64,000 bases of DNA from an uncultured Candidatus Saccharibacteria bacterium (lineage in GTDB: Bacteria; Patescibacteriota; Minisyncoccia; UBA6257; UBA9933), in the NCBI GenBank assembly GCA_964642155.1, contig CAZXNT010000004.1, positions 2,040 to 66,039 on the forward strand, written 5' to 3'. Of the stretch, positions 18,689 to 28,423 are shown in pieces. The notes beneath the pieces are model-generated. The model was not told where the DNA came from, ran no database searches, and saw only the letters and a program-made list of their open reading frames with translations. Position 1 is the stretch's first letter. The number at the start of each line of letters is the position of its first letter. Made by a program: the position numbers and the translations under genes.

Positions 18689-18750
18689 TTGTCTCATCTC
18701 TAATTCGCGCGAATAGGCGAATAGATGAAAATGACTAACTACTCAACAAA
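18689..18750. repeat. Copy 4 of repeated motif, including a degraded arsR-2 3'-end-like stretch
   Basis: ttgtctcatctctaattcgcgcgaataggcgaatagatgaaaatgactaactactcaacaaa; followed by an imperfect hairpin and the 18814 palindrome. Confidence 0.55.
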
Positions 18751-18813
18751 CCCCAGTAGTAGAACGCAAGGCGTTCACTACGGGGCGAGAAAATTAGGCG
18801 ATAAATTAGGTTA

Positions 18814-18855
18814 TAAACTCATTGTACAATTCCATAGAATTGTACAATGAGTTTA
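18814..18855. promoter_or_regulatory. Extended 42-bp palindrome aaactcattgtacaattccatagaattgtacaatgagttt (third copy of the ArsR-type operator)
   Basis: Identical core to 9740..9769; lies about 180 bp upstream of the 19037-20978 operon. Confidence 0.55.
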
Positions 18856-19036
18856 TCCTGTCTGTTAAATTACACACCGCTTGCTATGGGGTAGGTAAAC
18901 TACGAGGCAGGCAAATTTATGAGAAAGTTAAATCAGGTAAAATTTGAGAAAATCGTGGGAGAGGGAATAAAAGCAATCCCGGAGTGGTAAAAGTTATCCA
19001 CAGGGATATTCGGCAATTTATGGTATAATTTAATTA

Positions 19037-19312
19037 ATGAGTAAAAACTTAAAAATTATAATAATTTTAGCAATAATCATTATTTTATCTCTAACCGGAT
19101 TTTTCGTTTGGAAGAAATTTTATCAAAAATCGCAAACCGAAAAAACAATAGAAAAAGCGGGCGAGGCCGCGGAAATTATCACCGAGAGCGCCACTCAGGG
19201 GGTTTTGCCTTTAATAAATTCCACGGCTAATCCTTATGAAAATGTTTCGGAAACCAATCCGGTTGAGAAGGCCAATCCCTTTAAAAATATAAAAACTAAC
19301 CCATTTGAGTAA
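19037..19312 (+). CDS. Small secreted/anchored hypothetical protein
   Basis: 91 aa; N-terminal hydrophobic helix; overlaps the next gene by 8 nt. Confidence 0.35.
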   Translation: MSKNLKIIIILAIIIILSLTGFFVWKKFYQKSQTEKTIEKAGEAAEIITESATQGVLPLINSTANPYENVSETNPVEKANPFKNIKTNPFE

Positions 19313-20978
19313 AAATAATATGAAAAATAAAAAACAATCTTTATTTTTATCGCTGGTGATTTTAATTTTTGGATTATCGGTGTCCGGCAGCATAATTTTT
19401 GCGCAAAATGATTTATCGGATAATAATATCCAATATCCGATAGTCGAGCTTGGCAGTTGTGAAAATAAAAATGATTGTAAAAAATATTGCGATAATTCGC
19501 AGAATTTTGACGCGTGCATCACTTTTGCCGAAAAAAATAATTTAATGCCGAAAGGAGAAATTGAAATCGCCAAAAAATTTATGGCAGGTGGCGTTAAAGG
19601 TCCGGGCGGGTGCGGGAATAAAAATGAATGCGAAACGTATTGCGACAATATTGATAAAATAAACGAATGTGTTTCTTTTGCCGAGAAAAATAATATTTTA
19701 CCGCCGAAAGAATTAGAAGAAGCCAAAAAAATAAAAGCGGCCATAGAAAAGGGAATTAAACCGCCGGCGTGCGGAAGCAAAAAGTCCTGCGATGTTTATT
19801 GCAGCCAATCCGAACATATGGAGGAATGTATTAGCTTTGCCGAAGTCGCCGGATTCATTCCGCCGAAAGAATTAGATGAAGCCAAAAAAGTTTTAGCAGC
19901 CGTTAAAAAAGGCATTAAGCCGCCGGCTTGCCGTGGAAAAGAGGAATGCGATATTTATTGTTCCGAAGAAAGTCATTTTGACGAGTGTATAGTTTTTGCC
20001 GAAGCTGCCGGTTTTATGCGGCCTGAAGAAGTGGAAATGGCGCGTAAAACAAAAGGCAAGGGTCCGGGTGGATGCAGAGGCAGAGAGGAATGCGACGCTT
20101 TTTGTCAAAGTGAATCAAATATGGAAATTTGCGCCAACTTTGCTTTGGAACACGGCTTAATGAAGCCGGAAGAAGTGAAAATGATGAGAAAGACCGGCGG
20201 TAAAAGTCCGGGTAATTGTAGAGGCAAAGAAAAATGCGAAAATTTTTGTAATAATTCAGATAATCAGGAAACTTGTTTTAATTTCGCCAAAGAACATAAT
20301 TTGATTCCTCAGGGAGAAATGGAAAAAATGAAGGAAGGAATGGGACAAATGAAAGAAAATTTTCGGATGGCGTCGCCGGAAATAAGCGAGTGTCTTAAAT
20401 CAAACGTTGGCGAAGAAGTTTTAAATAAAATACAAAGCGGGACATTTGCGCCACCGCGCGAACTTGGCGAAAAAATGAAAAATTGTTTTGAGAATTTCGC
20501 GCCTCAACGTCTTGATATTCCTCAACAACGTCTCGAGATGCCTTCTTTTGAGGGCGAGGGACAAAATTTTGAGAAAAGATTTGAAGGAACAATAGAAGAA
20601 TTAAAGAGAATGCCTCCTGCGGAAATGTTGTCACCGAATGGATTTATACCGTCTGATTATCGCCCAGAAGGCGCAATAGAGGGCAGAATGCCTCTTAATG
20701 AGTATATGAAACCGCCCGAAGGGGGAGGGTATATTCCGCAAATGTTTAAGCAGAACGAAGAAACGCGTCAATTTCAGCAATATCCATTGCAATATCAGCA
20801 AATGATGCCGCCATCTCAAGAAATACGGCAAATGATTCCGCCGCAAGAAATACAACAGATGCCGTTTCAACAAGTTCCGCAGAATATGCAGCAAACTCCG
20901 CCACTTCCTTCATCAATGAATAATCAAAAGCCGTTTGCTCAAATTCTTTATTTCTTTACCCGCTTATTAGGAAGATAA
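19305..20978 (+). CDS. Secreted cysteine-rich repeat protein (7 x 4-Cys modules, Q/P-rich C-terminus)
   Basis: 557 aa; signal peptide; seven about 40-aa repeats C-x5-6-C-x3-C-x7-9-C-x2-FA...P (28 Cys); low-complexity Q/P/M tail. Confidence 0.6.
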   Translation: MSKNNMKNKKQSLFLSLVILIFGLSVSGSIIFAQNDLSDNNIQYPIVELGSCENKNDCKKYCDNSQNFDACITFAEKNNLMPKGEIEIAKKFMAGGVKGPGGCGNKNECETYCDNIDKINECVSFAEKNNILPPKELEEAKKIKAAIEKGIKPPACGSKKSCDVYCSQSEHMEECISFAEVAGFIPPKELDEAKKVLAAVKKGIKPPACRGKEECDIYCSEESHFDECIVFAEAAGFMRPEEVEMARKTKGKGPGGCRGREECDAFCQSESNMEICANFALEHGLMKPEEVKMMRKTGGKSPGNCRGKEKCENFCNNSDNQETCFNFAKEHNLIPQGEMEKMKEGMGQMKENFRMASPEISECLKSNVGEEVLNKIQSGTFAPPRELGEKMKNCFENFAPQRLDIPQQRLEMPSFEGEGQNFEKRFEGTIEELKRMPPAEMLSPNGFIPSDYRPEGAIEGRMPLNEYMKPPEGGGYIPQMFKQNEETRQFQQYPLQYQQMMPPSQEIRQMIPPQEIQQMPFQQVPQNMQQTPPLPSSMNNQKPFAQILYFFTRLLGR

Positions 20979-21135
20979 TAAAACTTAAATCGGAGAAAAA
21001 ATCAGGGAAAATCGCTTGCCACGAGTTCTATACCCAAACAACATTCTTACAAACTTGAAAATGTTTAAATTAAGATATTTTTTTGGTAAAATTTAAAAAA
21101 GGTCGAAATTAATACAAAATTAATATTAAAAAAAT

Positions 21136-21390
21136 ATGATCAACACTAAGCATTTACTAAAAGTATCGTCAGCGTGGGTAAGTATTGTTTATATTATTTG
21201 TTATGTTGGGGTGGCGATTTATCCGCCAGTTCGGAATTTATTTATGAAATACGCGTTGCACGCAAATGTTTCCTTTCAATCTGATTTTTTAAGTTTCGGA
21301 TATTTTATTTTCGGATTGATTATTTGGAATATTGTTGCGATTGTCGGTATTTGGCTTTTTGCGGTTTTGTTTAATAGGATAAGGCAATAG
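21136..21390 (+). CDS. Hypothetical 2-TM membrane protein
   Basis: 84 aa, two hydrophobic helices. Confidence 0.3.
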   Translation: MINTKHLLKVSSAWVSIVYIICYVGVAIYPPVRNLFMKYALHANVSFQSDFLSFGYFIFGLIIWNIVAIVGIWLFAVLFNRIRQ

Positions 21391-21474
21391 AAATAAAAAA
21401 GGGTTAGCATCGCGCTAAACCCTTTTATTTTATAAGAGGTTTTGGGAAAATTTAATTTGTGATATAATAAAATC

Positions 21475-21813
21475 ATGAATAATTTCGAAAAAAATATAAT
21501 TGAAAATATAAATATAGGCGATATTGTCAGACAAGTGGCTATAGATAGAATTTGGCTCATTCGCGAATTAAATGAAAGAATGGAGGAAGAAATTAATAAA
21601 AATAAAGATGCTGACAAAGATGTTATTTTTGAGAAAATTAAAAGAGCATTTGCTGCGAATTTAAAATTCGCGGTTGAAAAAAAGATAATAGAAAGTGAGG
21701 GCGTTGACGAGAATGAAAAAGATTCTATTTTAAAATTTCGCGAAAAATATCCGCTTGAAGAAATAGAAAAGGAAATTTACGATAAAGCGGAAGAATTTTT
21801 AAAACCTTTATAA
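21475..21813 (+). CDS. Hypothetical acidic protein
   Basis: 112 aa, E/K-rich. Confidence 0.3.
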   Translation: MNNFEKNIIENINIGDIVRQVAIDRIWLIRELNERMEEEINKNKDADKDVIFEKIKRAFAANLKFAVEKKIIESEGVDENEKDSILKFREKYPLEEIEKEIYDKAEEFLKPL

Positions 21814-21820
21814 AATTTAT

Positions 21821-22507
21821 ATGGATATTAAACAAACAGTTGATAATAATTGGCCACGCGCTTTGCGCGTTACTGCCACAGTTTTCGTTCTTTTTATTTT
21901 ACAGCATTATTTCCGCCGCTTCGGACAGCCGATTGAAAAAATATATTTCACCGTTCTTTTCGCTTCCATTGCTCTTACGGGTTTAACAATGATTACCACA
22001 AGTTATCTTATAGGTCCGTTGGCGCGGCTTTGGCCCGCGAAATGGGAAAGATATCGCGATATGCGGAAACAATTCGGTTTGATAGGGTTAGCGTTTGTCG
22101 TATTCCATATATTTATGGCGCTTGTTGTTTTAACGCCGGTTTATTTCCAAAAATTTTTTTTAGAAACCGGCAGATTATCAAATTTGGGGCAAATTTCCGT
22201 ATTAACGGGAATTTTGGGATTTGTTATTTTTATGATTGTGGCGATAACTTCGCTTCCGTCAGTGGCGGGAAAAATGACGGAACGCGGTTGGTTTTTTATT
22301 CAGCGTTTAGGATTAATCGCGATAATATTTTCTGTTCTTCATTTTATTGTATTCAAATGGCGAGGTTGGTTTAATTGGGATAATTGGAATAATAATATTC
22401 CTCCCGGCACGTTTGTTGTGACGGTTTTTATTATATTGGTGTTTTTAATCCGCGCTGTCGCGTATATTTCAGAACGAAAGAGAAGAGAAGAGGATAGTAT
22501 GGGATAA
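21821..22507 (+). CDS. Ferric-reductase-like transmembrane-domain protein (MsrQ/YedZ-like)
   Basis: 228 aa, about 6 TM helices with conserved His in VFHIFMAL and VLHFIVF. Confidence 0.35.
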   Translation: MDIKQTVDNNWPRALRVTATVFVLFILQHYFRRFGQPIEKIYFTVLFASIALTGLTMITTSYLIGPLARLWPAKWERYRDMRKQFGLIGLAFVVFHIFMALVVLTPVYFQKFFLETGRLSNLGQISVLTGILGFVIFMIVAITSLPSVAGKMTERGWFFIQRLGLIAIIFSVLHFIVFKWRGWFNWDNWNNNIPPGTFVVTVFIILVFLIRAVAYISERKRREEDSMG

Positions 22508-22945
22508 TTGCTCTTTAATTATAATTATGGTAAGATATGCGTAATGAAATTGGCTGGGAAATTGAAAATTGGCTTGGATAAAAAGTTTCAAAAGGTGCTA
22601 AAAACGCCCGCGAGCTTTGATTTTTTCGTGGCAGTCCACGATTTTATTGAATATATTGAATCTCATTCTTCTCTTTTGGATAATCTTTCATCCCGCACAA
22701 AACTCAACAGGGAATTGAATATTCCCAAGAAATACGGCTATTTAAAACAAATTTATCAAGGATTGGAAGATGCCGACAGTAAATCCAATGTTGATTTGGG
22801 GCATACGAGGTATACGGTGATTTTGGAATTAAATAAAATCAAAAATAAAGATGTTTCGGAAAGCAATTCGTTTTGGAAAAAGCGCGAATTAATCAGAAGG
22901 CTTGCGGGAGAAATTTATAATAGATTAAATCCGGATTCCATATAA
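22508..22945 (+). CDS. Hypothetical protein
   Basis: 145 aa ORF; no family recognised. Confidence 0.3.
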   Translation: MLFNYNYGKICVMKLAGKLKIGLDKKFQKVLKTPASFDFFVAVHDFIEYIESHSSLLDNLSSRTKLNRELNIPKKYGYLKQIYQGLEDADSKSNVDLGHTRYTVILELNKIKNKDVSESNSFWKKRELIRRLAGEIYNRLNPDSI

Positions 22946-22975
22946 TAAATCCTTCGACTTTACTCATGGTAAATA

Positions 22976-23006
22976 AAAATACCCCCGCTAAGTAGGGGTA
23001 TTTTTA
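22976..23006. terminator. Bidirectional intrinsic terminator hairpin
   Basis: aaaaataccccc-gctaagta-gggggtattttt between convergent genes 22508..22945(+) and cspA(-). Confidence 0.6.
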
Positions 23007-23015
23007 TTTCGGCGT

Positions 23016-23216
23016 TTAAGCGCGCGATACGTTTTTAGCGCTCGGGCCCTTGTCGCCTTCAACGACTTCAAAGGTAACGGCATCGCCAACTTTGAGTTCT
23101 TCAAATGTCACTCCGTTTAATTCGTTAACATGAAAGAAAAGATCTTTTGCTTCGCCTTCGCGGGCGATAAATCCAAATCCTCTGTCTTCTCTGAGTGTTT
23201 TTATAGTTCCGTTCAT
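23016..23216 (-). CDS. cspA: Cold-shock protein
   Basis: 66 aa; GTIKTLREDRGFGFI and DLFFHVNEL RNP motifs. Confidence 0.85.
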   Translation of the reverse strand: MNGTIKTLREDRGFGFIAREGEAKDLFFHVNELNGVTFEELKVGDAVTFEVVEGDKGPSAKNVSRA

Positions 23217-23322
23217 AGTGTTTATTTTTTTATCCAGAAATTCGACTATATTTCTTATGCTTAAATAGCATTGGGTAATTATATATTAAATAATATGATT
23301 TTGTCAAATGAGATGGAATGCA

Positions 23323-24033
23323 TCAGCCCAATTTTCTAAAAAATTCTTTCAGTTCCTCTCCTTGGATTTCCTTGTATTGGCCGGGCTTTAAATCGTCGAG
23401 TTTTATATTCATAATTCGTATTCTTTCCAAATCCAAAACATTATATCTAAACACTTCGCACATTCGCCTAATCTGCCGTTTTTTACCTTCGGTTAAGATA
23501 ATCCGGAAAGATTTTTTTCCGGTTTGTTCGGCAAAACATTTTTTTGTGTAAAAATCTTCAAGTCGCATGCCCGAGCTTATGCGTTTTATAAAATTCGGCG
23601 ACAGGGGGCGGTCAACTTCCACAAGATATTCTTTTTCATGTTCGTATTTCGGATTAAGCAGTTTGTCCGTGATGCGGCCGTCGTTGGTTAAAATCATCAA
23701 TCCGTAAGAATCCTTATCTAGCCGTCCAAGCGGAAAAAGACGAGTTTTGAATTTCAAGGTTCCTTTTATGTCTTTTTGCCCTTTTGTTGAGGCGTGAGTT
23801 TCTATGCCGATTGGTTTGTTATACGCCAAATAAACGCGCTGTTTTTGCGAATTTTTGGCTTGGGCTCTTAATTTAACTTCGTCTTTTTCATAAACCTTGT
23901 CGCCGAGCTTAGCAATTTTGCCGTTAATTTTAATTTGTTTTTGCTTTATAAAATTGTCGGCTTGCCGGCGGCTACAATAATTTTTCAGCGCCAGATAGCG
24001 ATTGATTCTTATGGGATAAATAATTTCCGTCAT
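23323..24033 (-). CDS. rRNA pseudouridine synthase, RsuA/RluB family
   Basis: 236 aa; S4 domain RINRYLA...CSRRQAD and catalytic GRLDKDSYGLMILTNDG. Confidence 0.8.
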   Translation of the reverse strand: MTEIIYPIRINRYLALKNYCSRRQADNFIKQKQIKINGKIAKLGDKVYEKDEVKLRAQAKNSQKQRVYLAYNKPIGIETHASTKGQKDIKGTLKFKTRLFPLGRLDKDSYGLMILTNDGRITDKLLNPKYEHEKEYLVEVDRPLSPNFIKRISSGMRLEDFYTKKCFAEQTGKKSFRIILTEGKKRQIRRMCEVFRYNVLDLERIRIMNIKLDDLKPGQYKEIQGEELKEFFRKLG

Positions 24034-24073
24034 ATATGGATTTTACCATATTTTGGATGTATAATTCATCTTT

Positions 24074-24829
24074 ATGCCCGAATATTACAATTCTAAAAGA
24101 ACAAAAGGCCTTTACGAGCCGGATTCAAGCGAGCCGTTCAAATTAAGCCGTTCCAAATTGGAAATGTTTTTGGAATGTCCGCGGTGTTTTTATTTGGACC
24201 GCCGTTTGGGCGTGGGACGGCCACCCGGATATCCTTTTAGTCTAAACAACGCGGTGGACACTTTATTAAAAAAAGAATTTGACATTCATCGGGCGAAAAA
24301 TCAAAAACATCCGTTAATTGAAAAATACGGAGTGGACGCCGTTCCGGTTGCTCATAAAAATCTTGATTTATGGCGGCATAATTTCACCGGCGTACAATAT
24401 CTTTATGAGCCGACCAATTTATTGATTACCGGCGCGATTGACGATTTGTGGCAGAATTCAAAAGGAGAATATATTGTTGTTGATTATAAGGCGACGAGCA
24501 AAAATGAAAAAATAGAAGCATTGGACAAGGCGTGGCAGGACGGTTATAAAAGGCAGATGGAAATTTATCAGTGGCTTTTGCGTAAAAACGGATTTAAAGT
24601 TTCCGACACCGGATATTTTGTTTATTGCAACGGCATCACGGACAAAAAAGCGTTTGACGCTAAACTTGAATTTGAAATTACGCTTATTGCTTATAAAGGT
24701 GACGACTCGTGGGTGGAGAATGTTATTTTGGAGGCGCATAAATGTTTGAACGGCGATAAAATTCCCGAAGCCGGCGATAGTTGCGACTATTGTTCTTATA
24801 TTACGGCGGTGAATGGTGAGATGAAATAA
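24074..24829 (+). CDS. PD-(D/E)XK nuclease with Cys clusters (Cas4/RecB-nuclease-like)
   Basis: 251 aa; CPRCFYLD N-terminal C-x2-C, IDDLWQN...EYIVVDYK D/ExK core, C-terminal CDYCSY; no CRISPR array nearby. Confidence 0.5.
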   Translation: MPEYYNSKRTKGLYEPDSSEPFKLSRSKLEMFLECPRCFYLDRRLGVGRPPGYPFSLNNAVDTLLKKEFDIHRAKNQKHPLIEKYGVDAVPVAHKNLDLWRHNFTGVQYLYEPTNLLITGAIDDLWQNSKGEYIVVDYKATSKNEKIEALDKAWQDGYKRQMEIYQWLLRKNGFKVSDTGYFVYCNGITDKKAFDAKLEFEITLIAYKGDDSWVENVILEAHKCLNGDKIPEAGDSCDYCSYITAVNGEMK

Positions 24830-24846
24830 TATGATACAATAAATTT

Positions 24847-25263
24847 ATGAATTGGATTGTTTATGCTTTATTATCGGCTGTTTTCGCGGCGTTGGTTGCC
24901 GTGTTCGGCAAGATTGGGTTGAAGGGATTGGATTCAACGCTTGCCACCACCATCCGTTCAATCGTAATGGCGGTTTTTCTCGTGGCAGTTTCTTTTTCAC
25001 TCGGTAAATTTGCTTTTCTCGGCGCTTTTACCAGCAAGGCGGTTATTTTTATTATTCTTTCCGGAATCGCCGGCGCCCTTTCGTGGCTTTTTTATTTTTT
25101 TGCTATTAAATTAGGAACCGTTTCCGGCGTTGTGGCGATTGACAGAACGAGCGTCATATTCGCGTTTATTCTGGCAATGTTGTTTTTGGGCGAAGTTTTT
25201 ACTTGGCAAAAAGCTATCGGCGCGACGCTAGTGGCAATCGGCGCGATTTTAATGGCATTATAA
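24847..25263 (+). CDS. EamA-like small DMT-superfamily transporter
   Basis: 138 aa, 4 TM helices, EamA-type pattern. Confidence 0.55.
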   Translation: MNWIVYALLSAVFAALVAVFGKIGLKGLDSTLATTIRSIVMAVFLVAVSFSLGKFAFLGAFTSKAVIFIILSGIAGALSWLFYFFAIKLGTVSGVVAIDRTSVIFAFILAMLFLGEVFTWQKAIGATLVAIGAILMAL

Positions 25264-25296
25264 GATTTAGGATTTATGATTTAGGATTTAAAAATT

Positions 25297-27942
25297 ATGA
25301 CTAACTGGCATACAAAAACTCCAACCGAAATATTTGAAATTTTAAGAACCAACGAACGAGGTTTAAATAAAGAAGAAGTTGGTTCACGGCTGAAAGAATA
25401 CGGATTAAATAAACTGCCGGAAGCGAAAATTGACAATCCGGCGATTATTTTCCTGCGTCAATTTCAAAGTCCGCTGATTTACATTCTTTTTGCCGCCAGT
25501 TTGGCAATTTTTTATTTGAAAGATTTTATTGATGGTTTGATTATTTTAGCAGTGCTTCTTTTCAACGCTATTGTCGGCGCTTTACAGGAAGGAAAGGCGC
25601 AAAATACGCTTTTGGCGCTTAAAAATTTTATTAAAACCGATGCTGAAGTTTTAAGGGACGGCAAGGAAATTATTGTTCCGGACAGTGAATTGGTTCCCGG
25701 AGACATTATTCTCTTGCAGGAAGGGGAAAAAATACCGGCTGACGCCAGAGTTCTGGTTTCTAATAATCTTAAAATAGACCAGGCGTCTTTAACAGGAGAA
25801 TCAATTCCAGTTTATAAAACGCCGGAAGAACTTCATCGTGGAGATTTGGTCGTCATTGACCAAAAAAACATAGTTTTTAAAGGCACTTATATCGCGGCCG
25901 GGAACGGACAAGCGGTTGTTGTTGCCACTGGTTTAGATACCACCATTGGGAAAATCAGTCAGAAAATCGCGCTTATTGATACGGAAATACCGCTTAAAAA
26001 AGATATCCGCCAGCTTTCGCGGTTGATAATTATAGTGGTTGCCATTATTGGAATTATTTTGTTTTTCAGCGGAATTTTTTCCGGAAAATCTTTAATTGAA
26101 ATGTTTAAAGTTGTTGTCGCGATTTCGGTTTCTATTATTCCCGAAGGCTTGCCGATTGTCATTACGCTTGTTTTAGCCACCGGCGTTTGGCGTATGGCAA
26201 AACAAAACGCCTTAGTTAAAAAACTTCAGGCAGTTGAGGCCTTGGGTCAGGTAAAAATAATCGCGGTTGATAAAACAGGAACTATTACAAAAAACGAATT
26301 AGTTGTCCAAAAAGTTTTTACAAATGGCAAAATATTTGAAGTCAGGGGAGTCGGTTACGAACCAAAAGGTGAAATTTATTTTGAAAATCAATTGATTTCT
26401 CCGCCGGATTTTGAAGATTTAATTTTCTCCGGGAAAATCGCTTCTTTTTGCGCCAACGCGCGAGTTTTTTATTCCGAAGAAAATAAAAATTACAAAGTAA
26501 TTGGTGATCCGACCGAAGCCGCTCTTTTGGTTTTTAGCCAAAAAATAGGTTTCCAGAAAGAAATTATTGACGCGCAACATTCATTAATTAAAGAAATTCC
26601 TTTTGATTACAAAAATAAATATCACGCGGCAATCAGAAAAGTTGATGATAATAATTTTTTGACCGTTGTCGGAGCACCTGAATCGGTTATTCCGTTTTGC
26701 GGGCTTTCTAAAAAAGAAAATGAAGAATTGGAGTCTGTCTTGAATAAGATGCTGGAACAAGGATTACGGGTTTTGGCGTTCGCTTATAATCGCAGAGTTT
26801 CCGAAGATGTTGATTCCGAAAAAATGCCCAAACTTTCTTTTGGCGGTTTTTTTGGGATAAAAGACGGTTTGCGGCCGGAAGCCAAAGAGGCGATAAAAAG
26901 AGTCAAAGATGCCGGAATTAGAGTGATAATGATAACCGGCGACAATAAAATAACGGCGAGGGCTCTTGCCAAAGAAGCTGGAATTTATGCGGAAGGCGAT
27001 GGAATTTTAACGGACAAAGATTTAGACGCGCTTTCCGAAGAAGAATTGGCGAAAAAACTTCCGGAAATTTCCGTTTTTGCCCGCGTAACTCCGGAACACA
27101 AATTAAAAATTATTGAAGCCTATAAAAAAAGAAAAGAAATAATCGCGATGACCGGAGACGGCGTCAATGACGCGCCATCGCTCGTTGCCGCCGATTTAGG
27201 AATCGGGATGGGTAAAATCGGCACAGAAGTGGCGAAAGAAGTGGCGGACATCGTGCTTTTGGACGATAATTTTGAAACAATTGTTTCCGCGATTGAAGAG
27301 GGGAGAAGTATATATAAAACGATTAAAAAAGCCATTTTATATCTTTTTTCAACAAGTTTGGGCGAGGTTTTAACTATTAGCATCGCTCTTTTTTCCGGCT
27401 ATCCTTTGCCGCTTTTAGCCGGTCAAATTATTTGGTTGAATTTTGTCACCGATGGTTTTTTAACCGTAGCTTTGGCAATGGAACCGAAAGAAAAAGGATT
27501 GCTTAGAAAAAATTGGAAAAAGAAAGGGAAATATATGGTTGATATGCTGATGGCTCAAAGAATGTTTGTGATGGCGTTACCAATGAGCATCGGCGCGTTT
27601 TTTGTTTTTCAAAAATATCTTGATTTTGATTTAATAAAAGCAATGACTATGTCTTTAACCACTCTGGCGATTTTTCAATGGCTGAACGCTTGGAATTGCC
27701 GTTCGGAAGACAAATCAATTTTTAGAATGAATATTTTTTCCAATAAATGGCTGATGGGAGCCACATTTATCGTTGTTTCGCTCCAGCTTCTGGCGGTTTA
27801 CAATCCGATAATGCAAAAAATTTTACACACCGTTCCCTTGGATATTTCTGATTGGTTATTCGCGCTCGGCATTGCTTCTTCCATTATTGTAATAGAAGAA
27901 ATAAGAAAATTAATTTACAATAAACTAAGTTTTAATGTTTAA
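25297..27942 (+). CDS. P-type cation-transporting ATPase (type IIA, Ca2+/Mg2+-like)
   Basis: 881 aa; DKTGTIT phosphorylation motif, TGDGVNDAP hinge, 10 predicted TM helices. Confidence 0.85.
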   Translation: MTNWHTKTPTEIFEILRTNERGLNKEEVGSRLKEYGLNKLPEAKIDNPAIIFLRQFQSPLIYILFAASLAIFYLKDFIDGLIILAVLLFNAIVGALQEGKAQNTLLALKNFIKTDAEVLRDGKEIIVPDSELVPGDIILLQEGEKIPADARVLVSNNLKIDQASLTGESIPVYKTPEELHRGDLVVIDQKNIVFKGTYIAAGNGQAVVVATGLDTTIGKISQKIALIDTEIPLKKDIRQLSRLIIIVVAIIGIILFFSGIFSGKSLIEMFKVVVAISVSIIPEGLPIVITLVLATGVWRMAKQNALVKKLQAVEALGQVKIIAVDKTGTITKNELVVQKVFTNGKIFEVRGVGYEPKGEIYFENQLISPPDFEDLIFSGKIASFCANARVFYSEENKNYKVIGDPTEAALLVFSQKIGFQKEIIDAQHSLIKEIPFDYKNKYHAAIRKVDDNNFLTVVGAPESVIPFCGLSKKENEELESVLNKMLEQGLRVLAFAYNRRVSEDVDSEKMPKLSFGGFFGIKDGLRPEAKEAIKRVKDAGIRVIMITGDNKITARALAKEAGIYAEGDGILTDKDLDALSEEELAKKLPEISVFARVTPEHKLKIIEAYKKRKEIIAMTGDGVNDAPSLVAADLGIGMGKIGTEVAKEVADIVLLDDNFETIVSAIEEGRSIYKTIKKAILYLFSTSLGEVLTISIALFSGYPLPLLAGQIIWLNFVTDGFLTVALAMEPKEKGLLRKNWKKKGKYMVDMLMAQRMFVMALPMSIGAFFVFQKYLDFDLIKAMTMSLTTLAIFQWLNAWNCRSEDKSIFRMNIFSNKWLMGATFIVVSLQLLAVYNPIMQKILHTVPLDISDWLFALGIASSIIVIEEIRKLIYNKLSFNV

Positions 27943-28019
27943 ACAAAAATATTGACAGAATTATTAATTTGTGTATTATTAAAATAGTTTTTAAAAAATA
28001 ATAAAAGGGGGGCAAAATT

Positions 28020-28331
28020 ATGTTTGGAGAATCAGCATTAGATAGAATATATCGGGTTAATAACATTGTTTTTCGGGTTTTAGATATTGAGCCATATCCT
28101 AGAAATAAGGTCAGTAAGCAATATTTAGAAATCTTTAATTTTCCAGCGGGTGTGCTTATAGCAGTTCTTTACCGTGGGATACTTATTCCCAATATTACGT
28201 TTACAGGTGGCGTAGTGCGGCTTATGAAAGTCAAAATTATTAATGGCGATGTTTATAATAATCCCAAAGCCATTAGTGAGGTCTTGGGCGTGGAAAAGGC
28301 GATGTGTTCATACGACCTTATAAGATACTAA
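28020..28331 (+). CDS. Hypothetical protein
   Basis: 103 aa ORF; no family recognised. Confidence 0.3.
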   Translation: MFGESALDRIYRVNNIVFRVLDIEPYPRNKVSKQYLEIFNFPAGVLIAVLYRGILIPNITFTGGVVRLMKVKIINGDVYNNPKAISEVLGVEKAMCSYDLIRY

Positions 28332-28423
28332 ATTAACAAAGTAATATGGTTGTACTAGGGGCGCTTGTATTCACAGGAGCCTCTTTTATTTTTTTTAAGC
28401 GTAAAAAATGATAAGATTAAATT

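Noticed and set aside
19305-20978. Calling the Cys-rich repeat protein a metallothionein
   Set aside because: It has a signal peptide and 4-Cys modules about 40 aa apart, which is not metallothionein-like spacing. Metal binding is only a hypothesis prompted by the ArsR-type operators, so I kept a neutral call.
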